64,000 nt of DNA from the NCBI GenBank assembly GCA_017654855.1, contig CM030337.1, forward strand, positions 3,906,001 through 3,970,000. Direction: 5' to 3'. Under the pieces are notes generated by a model. It saw nothing but the letters and a program-made list of their open reading frames with translations. It was not told where the DNA came from and ran no database searches. Below, piece by piece: positions 23,438 through 37,520 of the stretch. Origin of the DNA: Podospora anserina. Its lineage: Eukaryota. The stretch's first letter is position 1; each line of letters begins with the position of its first letter. The position numbers were made by a program, and so were the translations under genes.

Positions 23438-24511
23438 AAAGCTCCACATTTACCTAGCGATAGATTCGAAATGCATGCCGAATGTGCCGAATAACACGTA
23501 TCTTCCCTGTTTACCGTGTACTTGGTAGTGCGAGTGAAAAAGAAACGCTTTTGGGTTACGTATTCAGTCCAGAGCACTTCACACCGATATCATGTTGCCA
23601 CAATAACTCCATCACCTCACAGTCCTTTTACCATTGACCTCTCTTCAGGTGGTCAGATTGATGGAGAGGTGCCGTATCTAAGCTCAAGTCTCACCCCCTG
23701 TCCACACTAAACAACCCCCCCTGACACCCCCAGATCTCCCTCCGCCGATCACCCGCCCACACCATCTCCGCGCCGCAAGATAGATCGCGATCATCACACC
23801 TCCCACCTTCCATTTTTATCTCTTTGTCCCCTGACTCTATTTAGGCAGCAACAGCAGCATGTCTCGGTCAAAGAGCACAAATGTCTCACTCTTTTCAAAG
23901 TCTAGACCCAACTTTCCCCTCCGCAATGTATGTCGTTGAGCAGAATATGTCTTGGTGGACTTTGATGATCACACCATCCGCTTTTGCTCCGGACTGATAA
24001 CTTGCGAATAGGTTGCTCGGCTGTCGATGCGTTGCTGAATGTAAGATACACCGAAGCAAGACCTCACGCACTAGAGGACAAATCACCGACGTGGTGCCTA
24101 GCTGACTTTGAATGGGTAGATACCTCGTGAAGCGTTGATGTTGATGTGATGTTTCTGCCGTGTGCATGGTATATTCAAAGTAAGAATGACCATGACTGAC
24201 GGTATTCCTCAACCCAAGCCTGCCCACCTGCTCCATCCACAACTACCCATGATCACAGCACAAACCCCAAACGATCATCGTAAATGCCTGGCTTCAAAGC
24301 CAATGTAATTCCTATCTGACTGACTGCTAACAATGTCTACCGCGGCCCAGCTTGTCCCATCCACCGTTTCCCACCTCAACCTATGCAAATGCTCTCATCC
24401 CACCTAGAGAAGAAAAGGAAAAACGCCATGAAAGAACAATGGGGGTATACCGGTATAGATCCATCTTTTTGCCCTTATAACGCCATTTGACCCATGCAAA
24501 CACAACAAACC

Positions 24512-24540
<29 letters not shown>
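24512..24540. repeat. A29 homopolymer downstream of the GPCR gene
   Basis: Run of 29 A seen directly. Confidence 0.9.
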
Positions 24541-24542
<2 letters not shown>

Positions 24543-24628
24543 CAAAGAAAAAAAGCTGAATGCATGAACCACCCCTAAAAAAACTCCCATTATACCTTGG
24601 TAAAAATGAATAATGCACCCTGTAACCC

Positions 24629-26816
24629 TCAAACCGCCGCACTGTGACTCCTCTCCCCTCTTTCCCTTCTCCTTCCAGAATGAACCCTCATCGGCGTTGA
24701 CTTCGCCGTCATCTCTTCCCCCTCTGGCTCGTCTTCCTCCTCATCACTATCTATCCCTATCCTCTCCAAATCCACATCCCACCACTCCCTCTCCCGTGCA
24801 TGAACCGCCCTAACCCCCCTATTTATAGCCCGCCTCTCACTCAAAATCTCCCCTTCCCTCCTTTCCCTCGCCAACCTCCCATCCACCAGCATTTCTTCCC
24901 TCGTTCTGCCCGCCGTGGTCCCCCCCCCGGCCTTCGTGCTACTCCCCGCCCACCCAAAATAATACCCCAACCGCTTCCTCACCACCTCCCCCACCTTTCG
25001 TCCACTCGCATGCCTCCACGGCTGCTCCCTCACCGCAAAAAGCATGCAGTCCACCATTCCTTGCACGCTCAGGCTCAGAATCCCCAGAATCAGCAACCAC
25101 TGCGGGTCGTTCTTCTTGACCGAGTCATCATACCCCATGACGTGGCTCACAAAGGGAAAGGTCCAGATGATCATGTACACGAGAGGATATACGAAAAGTG
25201 ACCGTAATTGGCGGCGGATTTTCTCCCGGTTCTTGCTCACGTCGCTGCCGCCGGCGGGCTCAAACGCTAGAGTGGAGGCGTTAAGGTAGGTCGCCCCCAC
25301 GGGATAGTTTCCCGCCGTGTTGGTCTGTGTTGTTGTGCGAGTTCCACCCGACAAAGGTGTGCCCGCGGCGGAGGAACGGTTGGAGGGTCCGCGGCGGAGC
25401 ATAGTAAAGATGTTAGGGAGGGAGAGGACCCGTTTGCTGTTGTTGGTCGCTCTCGAGGTGCTGGTGCTATAACGAGAATGCCCTCCGGCAGGGTCGAGAC
25501 TGCCGGGGGCGGTCGCGTATAGGGGTCGGTCGAAGAAAGTGTCACTCGGTGAGGATGCTGGGTATGGATCGCCGAGCACCGTGGCGCGCCGGAGAGACTG
25601 TTGCCCTGCTATTGGGACGGCGGAGACAGGAGAGGCCGCGTGAGCCGCCGGTGGCGGTGAGGGTAAGCCTGGATCCACCGCCGACAGAGGGTCATGCATG
25701 CCGTCGATTGACACGTCTGGTGATGTGGTTGCCTGGTTGAAGCCGCCCCAGTTCCATTGGATCGACCGCCTGGGCTGAGAAACCGGTGTTCTAGACGGGG
25801 AACCACCCGCAAAAGAGGACTCGGTGTTTCCTGTGTCCTCCACCCGCAACGTGCCGACGGAGGATGCGGACATTTGCCGCGTCTTCACGAGGTTGATCGT
25901 GTCAGTAGTAGAGGTTCGTTTCGAACTGGGTGTCGATGGAATAAGTCCGTGATAAGAGATTCGCGGTAGCGTTAATGCGGGGGAGCTGAGCTGTCGCTGG
26001 TGTCCGTCTGGTTGCTGATATGTTTGATCCGCACCGCTCATTCGCCGTGGAGGCGGCAGACTAGTGGAACTCCTTCTCCCATAGTCGTCCATCCGCTTCC
26101 TGATGTAGATATAAATAAAAGCGTATATACCAATGATGCTGGCACATATCAGATACCGTGGTATCCAGCTCAGTGCCAGCCTGGACCAACCATTGTCGGT
26201 CCGGAGGTAGCAGTAGTGTCCCACATTCTCAAACCCGTTGCCATTGATAAAAGCCAAACAAGCGGTGGAAACTGGAAACAGGTAAAAGACCGAGTATGCC
26301 AAGTGTCGGTAAGGGTAGAGGCCGGATTTCGGTCGGAATATATACATGACGGAATGCAACGCAATGAGTAGAATGGCGACATCTGAGGATTCGATGCCGA
26401 TAGCGAGGGCAAAGCCGCTGAACTGGCAGAAAGCTGAATCCGACTCGATGGTCCCTTGATATAAGCTGACAAGCGGAAAGACAACGAAGGCGGCGGACTT
26501 GACAAAGTCACTTTGGACCAGCAACAAGATCAACCTGCATTCTCTGTTAGTCCATGTTCCAATAACTGAACCAAACGTGGATGGGCACTTGCTCGTGCCG
26601 GAAACTTCGCCTCATCTTGACAAACCAGTAGAGGGTGGATAATGTCGAGACGACGCTGACCGAAGCAAAGGTGAGAGATAATATTGTCAGGATGTAGACT
26701 GTGTGTTCTGTGTGTTGGTCATCGGCGACGTATCGGCTCGTGATCGGTGACATCAGCTCGACCGGCACGGAGCTCCGTACGCTCGCTGGAGACGAGCGGT
26801 GGAGAAGCTCCATCAT
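24629..26816 (-). CDS. Git3/Gpr1-type carbon-sensing G-protein-coupled receptor (709 aa; GC-AG intron 26535-26592)
   Basis: YWFVKMRRSFRHE|LILLLVQSDF, FCQFSGF, YCYL...WSRLALSWIPRY, long third loop, IRRQLRSLFVYPLVY, QGMVDCMLFAVREQPW. Confidence 0.9.
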
Positions 26817-29342
26817 GGCAGAGAAAAAAACCATCCTTCCACCCACTGGCTAGACGAGAGGTCCAGCTACCGTTGAATATGATGTCCATGAAGGCGGCGG
26901 CACATATTTGGTTGGGTTTGGTTCGTCGGCGTCGGCGGTGGTAGTGGTCAGCAAACGTCGCCGAGCAGGTTCCCTAGAGTCGAGGGTCCATGGAACCAAG
27001 ATAGAAAGAGGTAATGCCGAAATGCAGCCAGAACTGCGGGTGTCGTAAAAGAGTAGAAAAGGGAAGAGTGAGCAGAGGTGTGGCTTCCAACTACCGAGGA
27101 TATAAGGTACGAGGTATGAAGTGCCTGGGGAGGCAAAGTGGACCAACACAGGGCCGGTAAAAAAGCTGTTTTCAAAGAAAGAAAAGGAATTGGCCAGGAG
27201 ATAGTTGACGGCAGCCGCGAGCGGTGGAATGTTTGTTGTTGACTCGCCTACGCAGCACACAGCTTGGCAAAAGACCAGAGACCTTCGGAACTTGGAACCT
27301 CTCTCAAGGGACACGGGCATGTGGCATCACAAACAAGATGGGTATCAAAAAACAGCCCCAAGGAAATGAAAAGCGAATCTGTCCGGAAAAAAAAGAAATA
27401 CAAAAATGTACACCTGTGTAGGTGGCAGGCCCCCGGAACAAGGAACGATGGGCCGTGGGGCGGTCGAGGTGGAAGCGATCAACATGATCATATCCAGGAC
27501 ATGGACCTGGGTCCGGATTGGGCTCCCCGGAGTTGCTTTCTGACCACAACTCAACTCTGAACAGTAGCACATACAAAAGAAAAGGCTCCCTCTGTCTCTG
27601 CGATCAGAGAAAGCGAATGGAACTTTGGGACGGGTGGGGGTGTCATTTGCTCTTTGCGAGACCGGTCACACTCTTCTCAGCCCACGTCACAAAATGTGGT
27701 TCACAGTGACTGGCTGTGCAGGCGCCGCAGAGAAAAGAAAAGTGAGAAGCGACAGACCTACCAGAGTCCCATCTCCAGTGTGTGAATGTCTCCCTCCTTG
27801 CCAGTAGGTGAGCTTCTCCACTGCCCGCTGATTGATGAGGATGGCCATGAGGTCATCTACCATAAAGTCGTCCGTGATGCCTTGACATTCCAAGAATTCA
27901 GGTTGGCGCCAGTCCAGGTGACGGGACCGGATGGTGGGATCACCCGCAGGGTAATTTATCGGGGCGCTCTCGATCTGGCGCATGATGAGCCGCGGCGGCC
28001 GTCAATGACAAGCGAGACCGAGATCTGCTTGGGCTCTTGGCTTTGCGGAGTCGTAGTGATGTGGGTGTGTGGGTGTTGGAAGAATGCCCAGCCATTGGCC
28101 CGACCAGCCAACCGGACGCATAAGCTCCAAGTGCTGCGCTGCCGAGGGAACCTGCTTTTGTCAAGGCGTCGCCGTGTCCGAAGACTTGCTGCTTCGGCTT
28201 GCCATTATCGAGGCCCATGTCTCAAGGGATCAAAAAGTACCTGTCGGGAGAAAAGAGAGCATATGGCACGATGGATTTCCAGGCCCTCGGAGATCTGCCT
28301 GATCCGTGCCCTCCTTGAACCGCCTCTCTGCCCTGGGCGGTCTGTGCATCGCGGGGGCTCCCGCCGCCGTTGAACCCAATTCATCATGCCGGGGTGAGTT
28401 TTTCCGCCCTGGCCTGAAAAGGTTTGAACACACCATCGTACGAAAGTGAAGATGACGGGTTGGTTTTTTCTGTTACAAACCAGCAGCTCGGAAAATATTG
28501 TCTCTCCTGGATACGGTGGGGAATACCGTAAGAGAATTCTGCTAGTATCACATTTTTGACGCGCTTTGCTGACGCAAAAGAAACTTGTTCAAGCGATCCT
28601 TTCTCGGAGATTGCTCCCGACAAACCGATTTGGCATTTTTGGCGGTGGGAGAGGGAAACCCCGCATGGCGTTTGACTTTTGAAATCCAAATGCCACAAGG
28701 AGAAAACTGCCTCTCTCTCGGGCGACGTGTCATCCGTCCAGCCCAAATGCACGCCGGAACTGACATTCCTACTGCTTGCCCGTCTGCGGCTGGACCCTGC
28801 CACCCCAGTCTTGTTTGACATTCCCGCTGCCTGCATGGAGAGTTGCCTGCATTTTGTCCCGCTGCAGGAGCATTGGCCTTTTCCAGGTTTGTTGCTGGGG
28901 GGGGAAACCAACATGCCAGGGTGGAGATGGTTGGTGAGGCCTGCTTCGTGGTCTCCCCTTGCCCGTGGCTAGGTGTAGGTAAATTGTGCGAGGAGGCGTT
29001 TGACTTTTGAGATGGATACGAAGCAACAGATGTGGGAAAAGACCCCGAATGCTTGAACTTTGACGTTGAATGTAGGTGTGGCATGAAAGGATCCGGCAGT
29101 CTGGTTAAGCTCATCGACCTTCCTAACTGGGATGGCATTGGCCACACAACGTTCGCTTGGCGGAGCAAGGGCAATCCCTCGAGACATCCATCACAGCCCG
29201 CGTCATAGCAACTTCATATAAACGAAGACGGCAAGGAAGAGAAGGGAACTTGTGCAAATACAATATACACCTAGTCACCCCGAAGGAGGCAGCCCGCCAT
29301 AAGAACCTTGAAATTGATCTGCTTCGGATTCAATGGCCGCCC

Positions 29343-29386
29343 TGTCCATCGAACTAGCCGCCTTGTCCATCGAACTAGCCGCCTTG
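29343..29386. repeat. Perfect 21-bp tandem duplication (TGTCCATCGAACTAGCCGCCT x2)
   Basis: Seen directly, just downstream of the CLP1 stop. Confidence 0.85.
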
Positions 29387-29489
29387 CCGGAGTAAGACTA
29401 GAGAAAGACATACTGGGAGAAAGACATAGTGGGAACCATGAGACAATATGTATTGTAGATGGCCTTTGCTTGTATTACCGCCAATTGCT

Positions 29490-31061
29490 CTAACCCAACA
29501 GGTTGACATACGGCTCCGGCCACCGTCCCCAGACCATCGGCCGAGTCAACCGGCCGCTAACCGTAGACAGTATCTTCAGTCTCCGTCTGTCCTTGTCCAC
29601 GTCCGATACGCAAACCCAACCGATGACAGGCGCCTGTCGTATTGTCTCCAGGGGGTCATTGACCGAGGCATCCATGACCGCCAGTGTCCAGTGTGACATT
29701 TCCTCTGAGATCTCTGCGTGCTCCAGAACCTGGTTCGGGTCGTCGAGATCCATGGCTGTTCATGTATTAGCCGTTGTATGTATGATGATTCAGATCCAGG
29801 ACGCTTACCATCAACGGCCCTAAAGATCACGACGTCGTCAAAACTAAACGACTGCACCGAAGGACTAAGAGCTCGCTTGGAATCGCCAAAAAAGTAATCC
29901 TTGATCAGAGCCTTGCGTGACGAGAGCAGATGCTGTCTGTCTTGCTCCACCACTCCATCAGGTTTGTCAAGATTCACAATCTCAATCGGCTCCCCTAGTG
30001 GTGTCTTCCTATCCCGGCGCCTCAACTCAGCTTCCAAGTCTGGTGACCCAAGCACGATAACGATATTGACTGCATCACCACGTCAGCCTTCTTCTCCCCT
30101 TTTCTTCGTTTCACACCCAACCTACCAGCAAATTCTCTAATGACGTGCATCAACCCCTCCACCCCTCCCCCCCTTTCCCTCTCTTCCTCTCCATCCTCCC
30201 CTTTTACCTTCACCTCCCCCTTCCTCACCTCCACGGCCGGGGTATCAACAACCACACCTCCCCTCCTCACCCCTTGATCCCCCCCCGTCTTCGCCCTCAC
30301 CGAGCTCCCCAACCGTCTCACCAGATCCTTCCAAAGCCCCTCATCATCCTCCACCCTCTCCCTCCCAAAGTAATACCCCACCGGCAACTTCACCGGCACC
30401 GCACTCGGCCCACTAGACGGGGTACACCCCACCCCAACCCCCCCCTCCGGGTCCTCCACATCCATCACCGTAGCAAACACCGCCGCCGACAACGTCCCCG
30501 GCAAAGCCAACATCCCATCCCTCGGATCCACCGTCGCCAGCACAGGCTGCTCCCCCTGCCTCGTCGCCCAACCAATCAGCATCTTCGCCAGCGAGCTCTT
30601 CCCGCTCGCCGGCGGGCCACAAATCATAACCCTCGGCCCACTCCCACTCCCACTGCTGCTCTGCGACCTCCGTGCCTGGAGGAGGAAGTGCAAGTTCAGA
30701 TAGGCGGCAAAAGGCGAGTCGGCAGAATGGGGGTAGTGTTTTACGTGCTCGGACTCGAATTCACCCGTTATTTCGAGCGTGGCGCCCGTGAAGGTGACGA
30801 TCTTGGAGCGGCAGCGGGTGAGGTTGTAGGTTTTTGTCTGGGCGAGCTCGGTGCCGTCGCGCTCGGCGGTTCCGGAGAGCAGTCGGCAGGTGGCCGTGGA
30901 GGTGGGGGATATTTGGAAGCGCCATTCGGAGAAGGGGTGGAGGGTGAGAGTGCGGGTTGATGGGAGGGAGGCTTGCTGGGAAGAGTGTTAGTAAATGGTT
31001 GGAGGGGGAGACCTAAGAGACATACCTGGGCGGATATGTGCCCTAGGCCGGGGATGGACAT
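29490..31061 (-). CDS. CLP1: Polynucleotide 5'-hydroxyl kinase / mRNA cleavage factor Clp1 (470 aa; introns 30976-31025, 30070-30125, 29756-29808)
   Basis: MSIPGLG start, SEWRF, GTAERDGTELA, GPRVMICGPPASGKSSL P-loop, PVKLPVGYYFG, LDKPDGVV, IKDYFFG; the exons join in frame. Confidence 0.92.
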
Positions 31062-31675
31062 TGTGGCTGGAATTTGGATGGTAGGTTCGCAGCGAGATGA
31101 AAGATTCGATGCGAGATGCTCGTAAGGTGGTTTTATTGCTGGGAGACGCGTTTGACGCCTGAGCTCTATTTAGCGTTGAGTGCTGGAAGGAGAGCTGAGC
31201 GTAGGGCTGCAGGGCTGGAAATTTAGCGGTTATTAGTGGGGGCTCTGCTTGCCCGTCACCCAGGATCCCACACAACGAAAGGCCTTGGACAGACTCACTT
31301 TTCTAATGTCTTCAACATCAGCAGGAAAACTGGACGTCTTGATTGGTCAGCCTGGAGAATGAGCTATTGCTACGAAGCTCTTCGACACATGAGGATGGCA
31401 GCCGTACCTTCTTCTCAGACGGGAATAATTCTACATTCTGCGCGCAACTTCGCATTTAACATTCCCAAAATGTGACACAGACTTGAACCAAAAGATTGAG
31501 AAGAGTAAATCTGCGCTGAAATGTACGGCAGTGGGTATTCGAAATTCAACGCTATCTGTCTCCAAGATCCCGAGATCATGTTTACCTTTCCCCCGGTCAT
31601 TATCATGAGATTCCCAAATGCATATGCACCACTCTTTTTATGCGCCGGAAATTCGTCTATGGTCTTTTTTTCCCT

Positions 31676-32991
31676 TTATTTCGTCAACTCCTCAAAAATC
31701 TTGATAAGACTTCTAACGCCAAAAAGGCTGTTCTCATCTGGCCCTTGCCCAGGAACCCAGGTGGCATGCGCAAAATCGATCAGCTTGAGCGAGTAGATCT
31801 TTGGCAGTGAGGCAAACTCTTCGTCATCGCTCTCCGCCTCCCCGGCGAGCTGGAGGACCTTGACGTCTCCCTCAATGACTCCATTAATCGTGGTACCATT
31901 CCCCTGCGGCAGGATAATCTCTCCTTCACCGTCCATAACGATGCCGCTGTCAACGCGGGACGCGAGGGGAACAGGTTCCTTCTCGGTAGCCTCCTTTGGT
32001 GGGGTTGTTGGCGTTTGGTTCTCGATGGCCGCCCTGAGCGCATCACCATCTCCTTCAAATGTAAACAGCAGACTGGCCGAGTACATTCTTGTTTCTGAGC
32101 TGGCAAGGACCTGTTCCACTCTCTTCAGGTCGTTGACGAAAGCCTCGGCCACAGCCCGCCCAAGGTCCTCGTCGATATTCGCTCGCGGGTTAAAAATGAA
32201 TTTGCGAATCTCATCCACAACGTTGTCCTTGTTGACCACCAGCCTGCCATGGTCCTTGTTATAGACCTTGTAGCCTTCCTGGTCCCACTCGTCTGGGTTC
32301 TCCCCCCCCTTGTATACGCGCATGCCCGCGATGCGAAAACCGTGCGATCCGTTTGTGGTGACCTTGGTGATCTCGTCGAACCGCTTGCGCTTCTCCATGG
32401 GCGCATCGTCTGCCCAAAGTCTCTGACCAAGCTTGGCGTCCAGAATATTGGGGCGCTTGAACCCGTAGGCAGCATTCTCCAACACCACTGACTTGTCCGT
32501 GGCAATCTTGCGGCTCTTGTTGGGTTTCCAGGAGACATTGTCCTTGCTAGCAGCCAGCGCATCTGCCTCCTTGGCAGCCTCGGCCGCCGCGACGTCGGCA
32601 GCGTGTTGCTTGGCCATCCGGACTGCCTCCTCCTTGAAGTGCTGAGTCATATGCTCAACAGCCGCGGGGATCTGCTCCTCGATATCGTGGACATCGGATG
32701 CGTCGTTCAGGACGAGGGTGCCAAGATACTCGGGCATCAAGTCGGCAAAGGCGGGGTGGTCCTTGAAGGCCTTTTCGTAAAAGTCGATTTCTTGCTGGAC
32801 ACAGGGCTTGATGAAGAGCTCGCCTTCGGGATCGCAGAGTGTGCCATCGCTATACAAAAATAAACATGTTCGTCAGTTACCTTTGCGCCATGCGCGCGCG
32901 ACGAGGCGGGGCTGTGCGCTTACTGTCCAGCGACGGCGAAGTTGTAGGGCTGCAAATCAGCGTGCTTGGGGATCTCTCTGTTGCTAATCAT
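31676..32991 (-). CDS. ARG82: Inositol polyphosphate multikinase (413 aa; intron 32850-32923)
   Basis: AVAGH|DG, LFIKPC, PNILDAKLGQRLW (PxxxDxKxG), GFRIAGM, MYSASLL, LIDFAHA. Confidence 0.88.
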
Positions 32992-34949
32992 TTTGGCGAT
33001 TCTTTGGGACGATTCTCTATGATCGCAGAATTTCCAAGGAGAAAATGCGAATCAAATGTGTGTGGATTTGCCTGCGGGCTGCCTATTTGTATTGGGGGGA
33101 GGGGTCGGGCCGCAATTGTGAGAGCTGGGTGCATCGAGGTGCGTCGGTCTGTCAAAACATAAAACAAGGGTCGATGATGGTCTCTGGAGATGTTGGTTGA
33201 AGGAAAGCAGCGGGTCAATGTGATGGGAAAAGCGGACATTTTCTACAAGACTCGGAGTTTTGCGGATCGGGGGGGGAACGGCATGGGGGTTGGTGGTCGG
33301 CGCATCGCAGAGGCGGAGCGCATTGCCAACCTCCAACTCCCAAAAGCGCATCTCATCTCATGAGGTCTCTCCGCACTCACAATAGTGGATCGCTTCGCCA
33401 GCGCCAAAGGATTGGGCAACCAATGGCATCCCTCAGGGTCCTCTTCATGCAGACTGCAAACAGGGGTCGGGGAGGACTTGTTCGTCACTGCGCCCACTCG
33501 CCCGAACTGTGAATGTCTCCCGTCAAATCATCAACACCGCTCCCCGCGGGCTGTGGCGGTCCTCGGGGGGCGGAAACACACGTATACAGGCACAACCTTC
33601 GGCACCGGAGGCGTCCTGTCCAGCCACGGCCCATACACAGGGCAACCCCCTTCCTACCTTACCTTCCGAAATCTGCCTTGTGAAAGGCTTGTCCATTCAT
33701 CATTCTCCCTGCTGACCGCAGCGTCCTGCAGAGGCAACGTGGATTCGGGTCACGGCATGACCTGCATACCTAGGCTATCAACCTGTCAGACAGGATCTCC
33801 CATCTCGCATTGTCTCCTGATACGGACTCGAGAAGATCATGGTGGGTGTCATTCACCCTTCCAGAAACACCACGCGGAGTTCCTCTGTGATGGCAAGGCG
33901 ATACCGTGAATCATTTTTTACTCATATCTTCGAGGCTTACGGATACCTACCTACTACCTTACATCTTGGATCGTATCATGAAAAAGGTCAGCAAGTTGCA
34001 AGATGGCCGGTTTTCCGTTCAGATGGTGCTGAACTTGCTTGGAGGCCCCGCCATTCAGCTGTCTTGCCAGCGGCCTTACCAGGTTTTGCATAGCGTACCC
34101 ACCAAGAATTGTTAATGCAGCGGAAGTGAGTGAGCTGATGGCCGGCAGTTGGGTCGCTTGCATGCATTAGTTTTGTGGACCGTTTGACGACAGGCCTCCT
34201 CCAAGCAGAACATCACCAACATCTTTGACGATGTCTTGAGAGAAAGCAAAGAGAGTTATTTCTATGAAACATTGCGGAGATTGGCGCTTCTAGGGTCCCT
34301 GCCATCGTCAATAACGAGAGCAGAGGTTTCCTTTTTGGGATTTGGTGGCCTCTGAAGATGAGGTCAAAACTCACCCAAGAGAGCAACCGCTGAGGTGGTT
34401 TGACAGTTCTTGACATGGAACAAACGAAACACCGGGCAGTCAGCAAACACACGGCTTCTCTACAGGCTGCAATGGCTGCCTAATACCGTGCTTGCAAGAG
34501 AATGTTAGGCTGGCATCTCGGATATGGATCCAGATTGCTCCGATATCACCATCTGTCATTCCATCTTATCGCACTTGCCTCTGGTTGCTACTTCCCAAAG
34601 CGAAGCTTCCAGTTACAAGAGATGAACTGGGCAGAATTTACCAGAGTATTCATACCTTGGAGTAAGTGCAAAGTCTACGGTATATTATCAACGTGACTGG
34701 CCTGAGCTCCTTCCTCGCAACTCTCAGAGCAACTCTTCCGCCCCGCCTGTTTGTTACCAGGTTGTTGCCTTCGCAGAACATTCCCCATTCAATCTCTTGT
34801 TTTTTGAATTCAGAGGGCAGGATCTCGCGTTGATATCACATCTCTAAGCCTCTTTTCTCATTCCAACCTTTCTTCTTCGGGCAACCCGGCCACATTTCCC
34901 TCACTCGACCCCTTCGTCCTCAATACTTTGCAGCCGTATCCCAGCAATC

Positions 34950-36528
34950 ATGGACTCCTCGCCGACAGGCACCGCCTCGATCGGCGACCAGGTCTACGGG
35001 AGCCATGACGCCGAGATCCCGGATATCTCTGAACAGACAAAGCTATTCAATGAAGCAATGGAGGGCAAGCCTGACGACAACGGCAAGAAGAAGAAGAAGA
35101 AAAAGAAATCTAAGGCCACCAAGCCGACCGGGTTTGAGGGTGAGTCGACACTGTCCAGGTGGCTGTGCACCATCATAATACACTCCAACCTTTTTGTCAT
35201 GTAGCTAACATCCATCACAGAGTATTACTGCGAACCGGTGATGACTCCCGCCGAGGCTTGGGACGAGAAGAACCTGATTTATTCTCCCGACCGTTCCTTT
35301 GTGGAGCGCATCGAAGAGGGCATCCAACGGTACCGTGCCCGGCGCCGCCTGGATGCCGTCCGAAACCAGGTCTTTACTCAGTACCTCATCCTTGGCGGTG
35401 TCGATGCCACTGCTCGCCAGTTCCAGGGGGCGGATAAGCTGCCTGATGACCTGATCCGGGAGTCTACCAAGGGTGAGCTGAGGGACATGGTGTCAGATGA
35501 TGTGATTCATCGTGGGGGGGAGGGTGGTGGTCGGTTCTATCATCCGGCCAGTTCTGAGCATTGGGATGTGGACTTTACGGGGGTTGTGGCTGGGTTCATG
35601 TGAGTGTTTTGTTGCTTTCGGGTGTTGGTTGGTATTGACTAACCCAACCAGGTCTCACAAAGTCCTTGACATGTCTGGCGGCGAGATGGAAATGATCTGG
35701 ATCGCCTCGAACACCATCCAGAATTTTCTCAAGTATCTGATCCTCCATGATGTCTGCCCCGAGCACGCCGACGATATCAACAGAGCCATCAAGCTTTGTG
35801 ACCAAGCCTTTGAGGAGATTGGTCTCGTGAGCAACGCTTTGGAACTGGTTCCGGGTGCCTTCAACCGCTCGGTTGCGGCGCTCCACTGCGAGGAAGAGGA
35901 CGGCGATGCTATTTCTCTTCTTGTTGACAACAAGGATCTTGACCGCAACCATGCCCTCCACACCGTGGCTCTCATCGCGACTTTGGTCCTACCCACTCTT
36001 GGTGGTAGCAGCACGCCCAATGTCAACGCTATGGAGGTGACCAACCCTATCGAGCGCACCTTTGAGATCACATCCATCACCCCACCCACAAAAGAGATGC
36101 GCCAAAGGGTAGCCGTCGTCAGCGAGCACCTCAGAAAGTCCAACCCATCCGCCCCTCCCATCCAGGCCTGTGGCACAATGCAAGGTCACCCAGTTCTTGT
36201 CCTAGACGGGTGGGACGTCACTGAAAAGCTCACCGATGAAGAAGCCAAGGAGGAGTCCTCGTTTATTCTTGAAGAGCTGATTCTCGAGCAGCTGAGGGTG
36301 GGCATGAAGCTGACGATTGGGGTTTCGACTTGCACTTTTCCTAGGGGTGGGACCTTCAAGGTGATTCGCTATGTCAAGGGAATCAAGCCGAGCTTTTATA
36401 CGTTCTTGCCACAGGATTTGATGAGGTATTGGAAGGAGCCGGTGCCGAATGAGAGACCTGGGCCTAGTATTCATGATAGGCATGATTTGCTTGAGTTGGC
36501 GGTGGGTGAGGATGAGACGGATGATTGA
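34950..36528 (+). CDS. ARB1: Argonaute siRNA chaperone complex subunit Arb1-like (481 aa; introns 35140-35220, 35600-35651)
   Basis: PTGFE|EYYCEPVMTPAE, IYSPDRSFVERIEEGIQRYRARRR, YLILGGVD, WDVDFTGVVAGF, NFLKYLILHDVCPE, PSFYTFLPQDLM..WKEP are motifs I recognise as the fungal Arb1 family. Confidence 0.8.
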
Positions 36529-37520
36529 TTTCCTTTTGGGGTACTTTCGCTGCAAAAAAGGGGGAATGGATGGCGTTGGGGTTACATCGTATGGAGATGA
36601 ATGGGAATCTGCGATGGAAATATGAAGAGGCATGGCGTTGACTTCGGGTTAGGATTCGGGACAAGAACTTGAGTTTAGTGCGTCGAGAAATGCCATCTTC
36701 ATGAGTCCTGCTTCCGGTGACCTGAACGTGATCAGGATGTGAACAGGGAGGGAAAATGTGACTGCTGTTGCAAGGTTAATAGGTGATCAAGTCGATAACC
36801 GTCTGTTCATTTCAATATTTGAAACTACACAGAGACCTGTAGGTAGCATTTCCATGTTTGTTTGTTCAAGGCATCTGGGATTATGAGTGACTGATATGAA
36901 ACTCTACGACTCCATATAATGGACAGCGTCATGCTGTTTTAATCGGCACCATCGCTCAAGAAAAATCCAAGACACTGAAGTCCTGGAAGAGAGGTCGCTC
37001 AAGGTGTCATGATATTCGTTTTGTACCCTGTACATACCCACTTACACAAGCCTATAGCGGTTCCGTTTCAACCCTCTTGCATTTGTCATACATCCATCCC
37101 ATCGTGCCACCCAGCCCATCCATGACCCCACAACGTAGACGCCTGACCAAAATGAAACAAAAGAAGCCGCCCAAACCCAAAACATCAAAGCCACCGTGTC
37201 CAAAGAAATCACCAGAGCTTTCCCCTCCACGGGATCCAGCTCACCCTCCTGCTACCTCTGCGTGTACGCCAACCCGAAGCCGTGGTGGCGTCACTAGCCC
37301 TCGAGTTTCTCCTGCTCCAGGTCACACTTCCCCTCCAGTCCTCCGCGCAACAAGGCCGCGAGCACCGTGGCGGCATGGGGAGATCCGACTCATCTGGGAC
37401 ATCCTAGGTCCAGTCCCACCATTTGATCGGGTTGATTGTTGCTGTGACCTTGGCAGCAGCGGTGGTTGCGTTCCGTTGAAGAGATGGAGTGAAACTGTGG
37501 TAAGAAGGAAGACGAAACTT

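Noticed and set aside
26850-29340. 2.5-kb gene-free stretch with several ORFs upstream of the GPCR
   Set aside because: The ORFs look random; most likely a long promoter/5' UTR, and no specific element can be supported.
29343-29386. 21-bp repeat as CRISPR-like or regulatory array
   Set aside because: Two adjacent copies with no spacer in a eukaryotic 3' region; a simple slippage duplication.
7390-36528. Apparent silencing/RNA-processing cluster (LSH helicase, CLP1, ARB1) or phosphate cluster (PPX1, ARG82)
   Set aside because: The genes are far apart and interspersed with unrelated housekeeping genes; nothing supports functional clustering.
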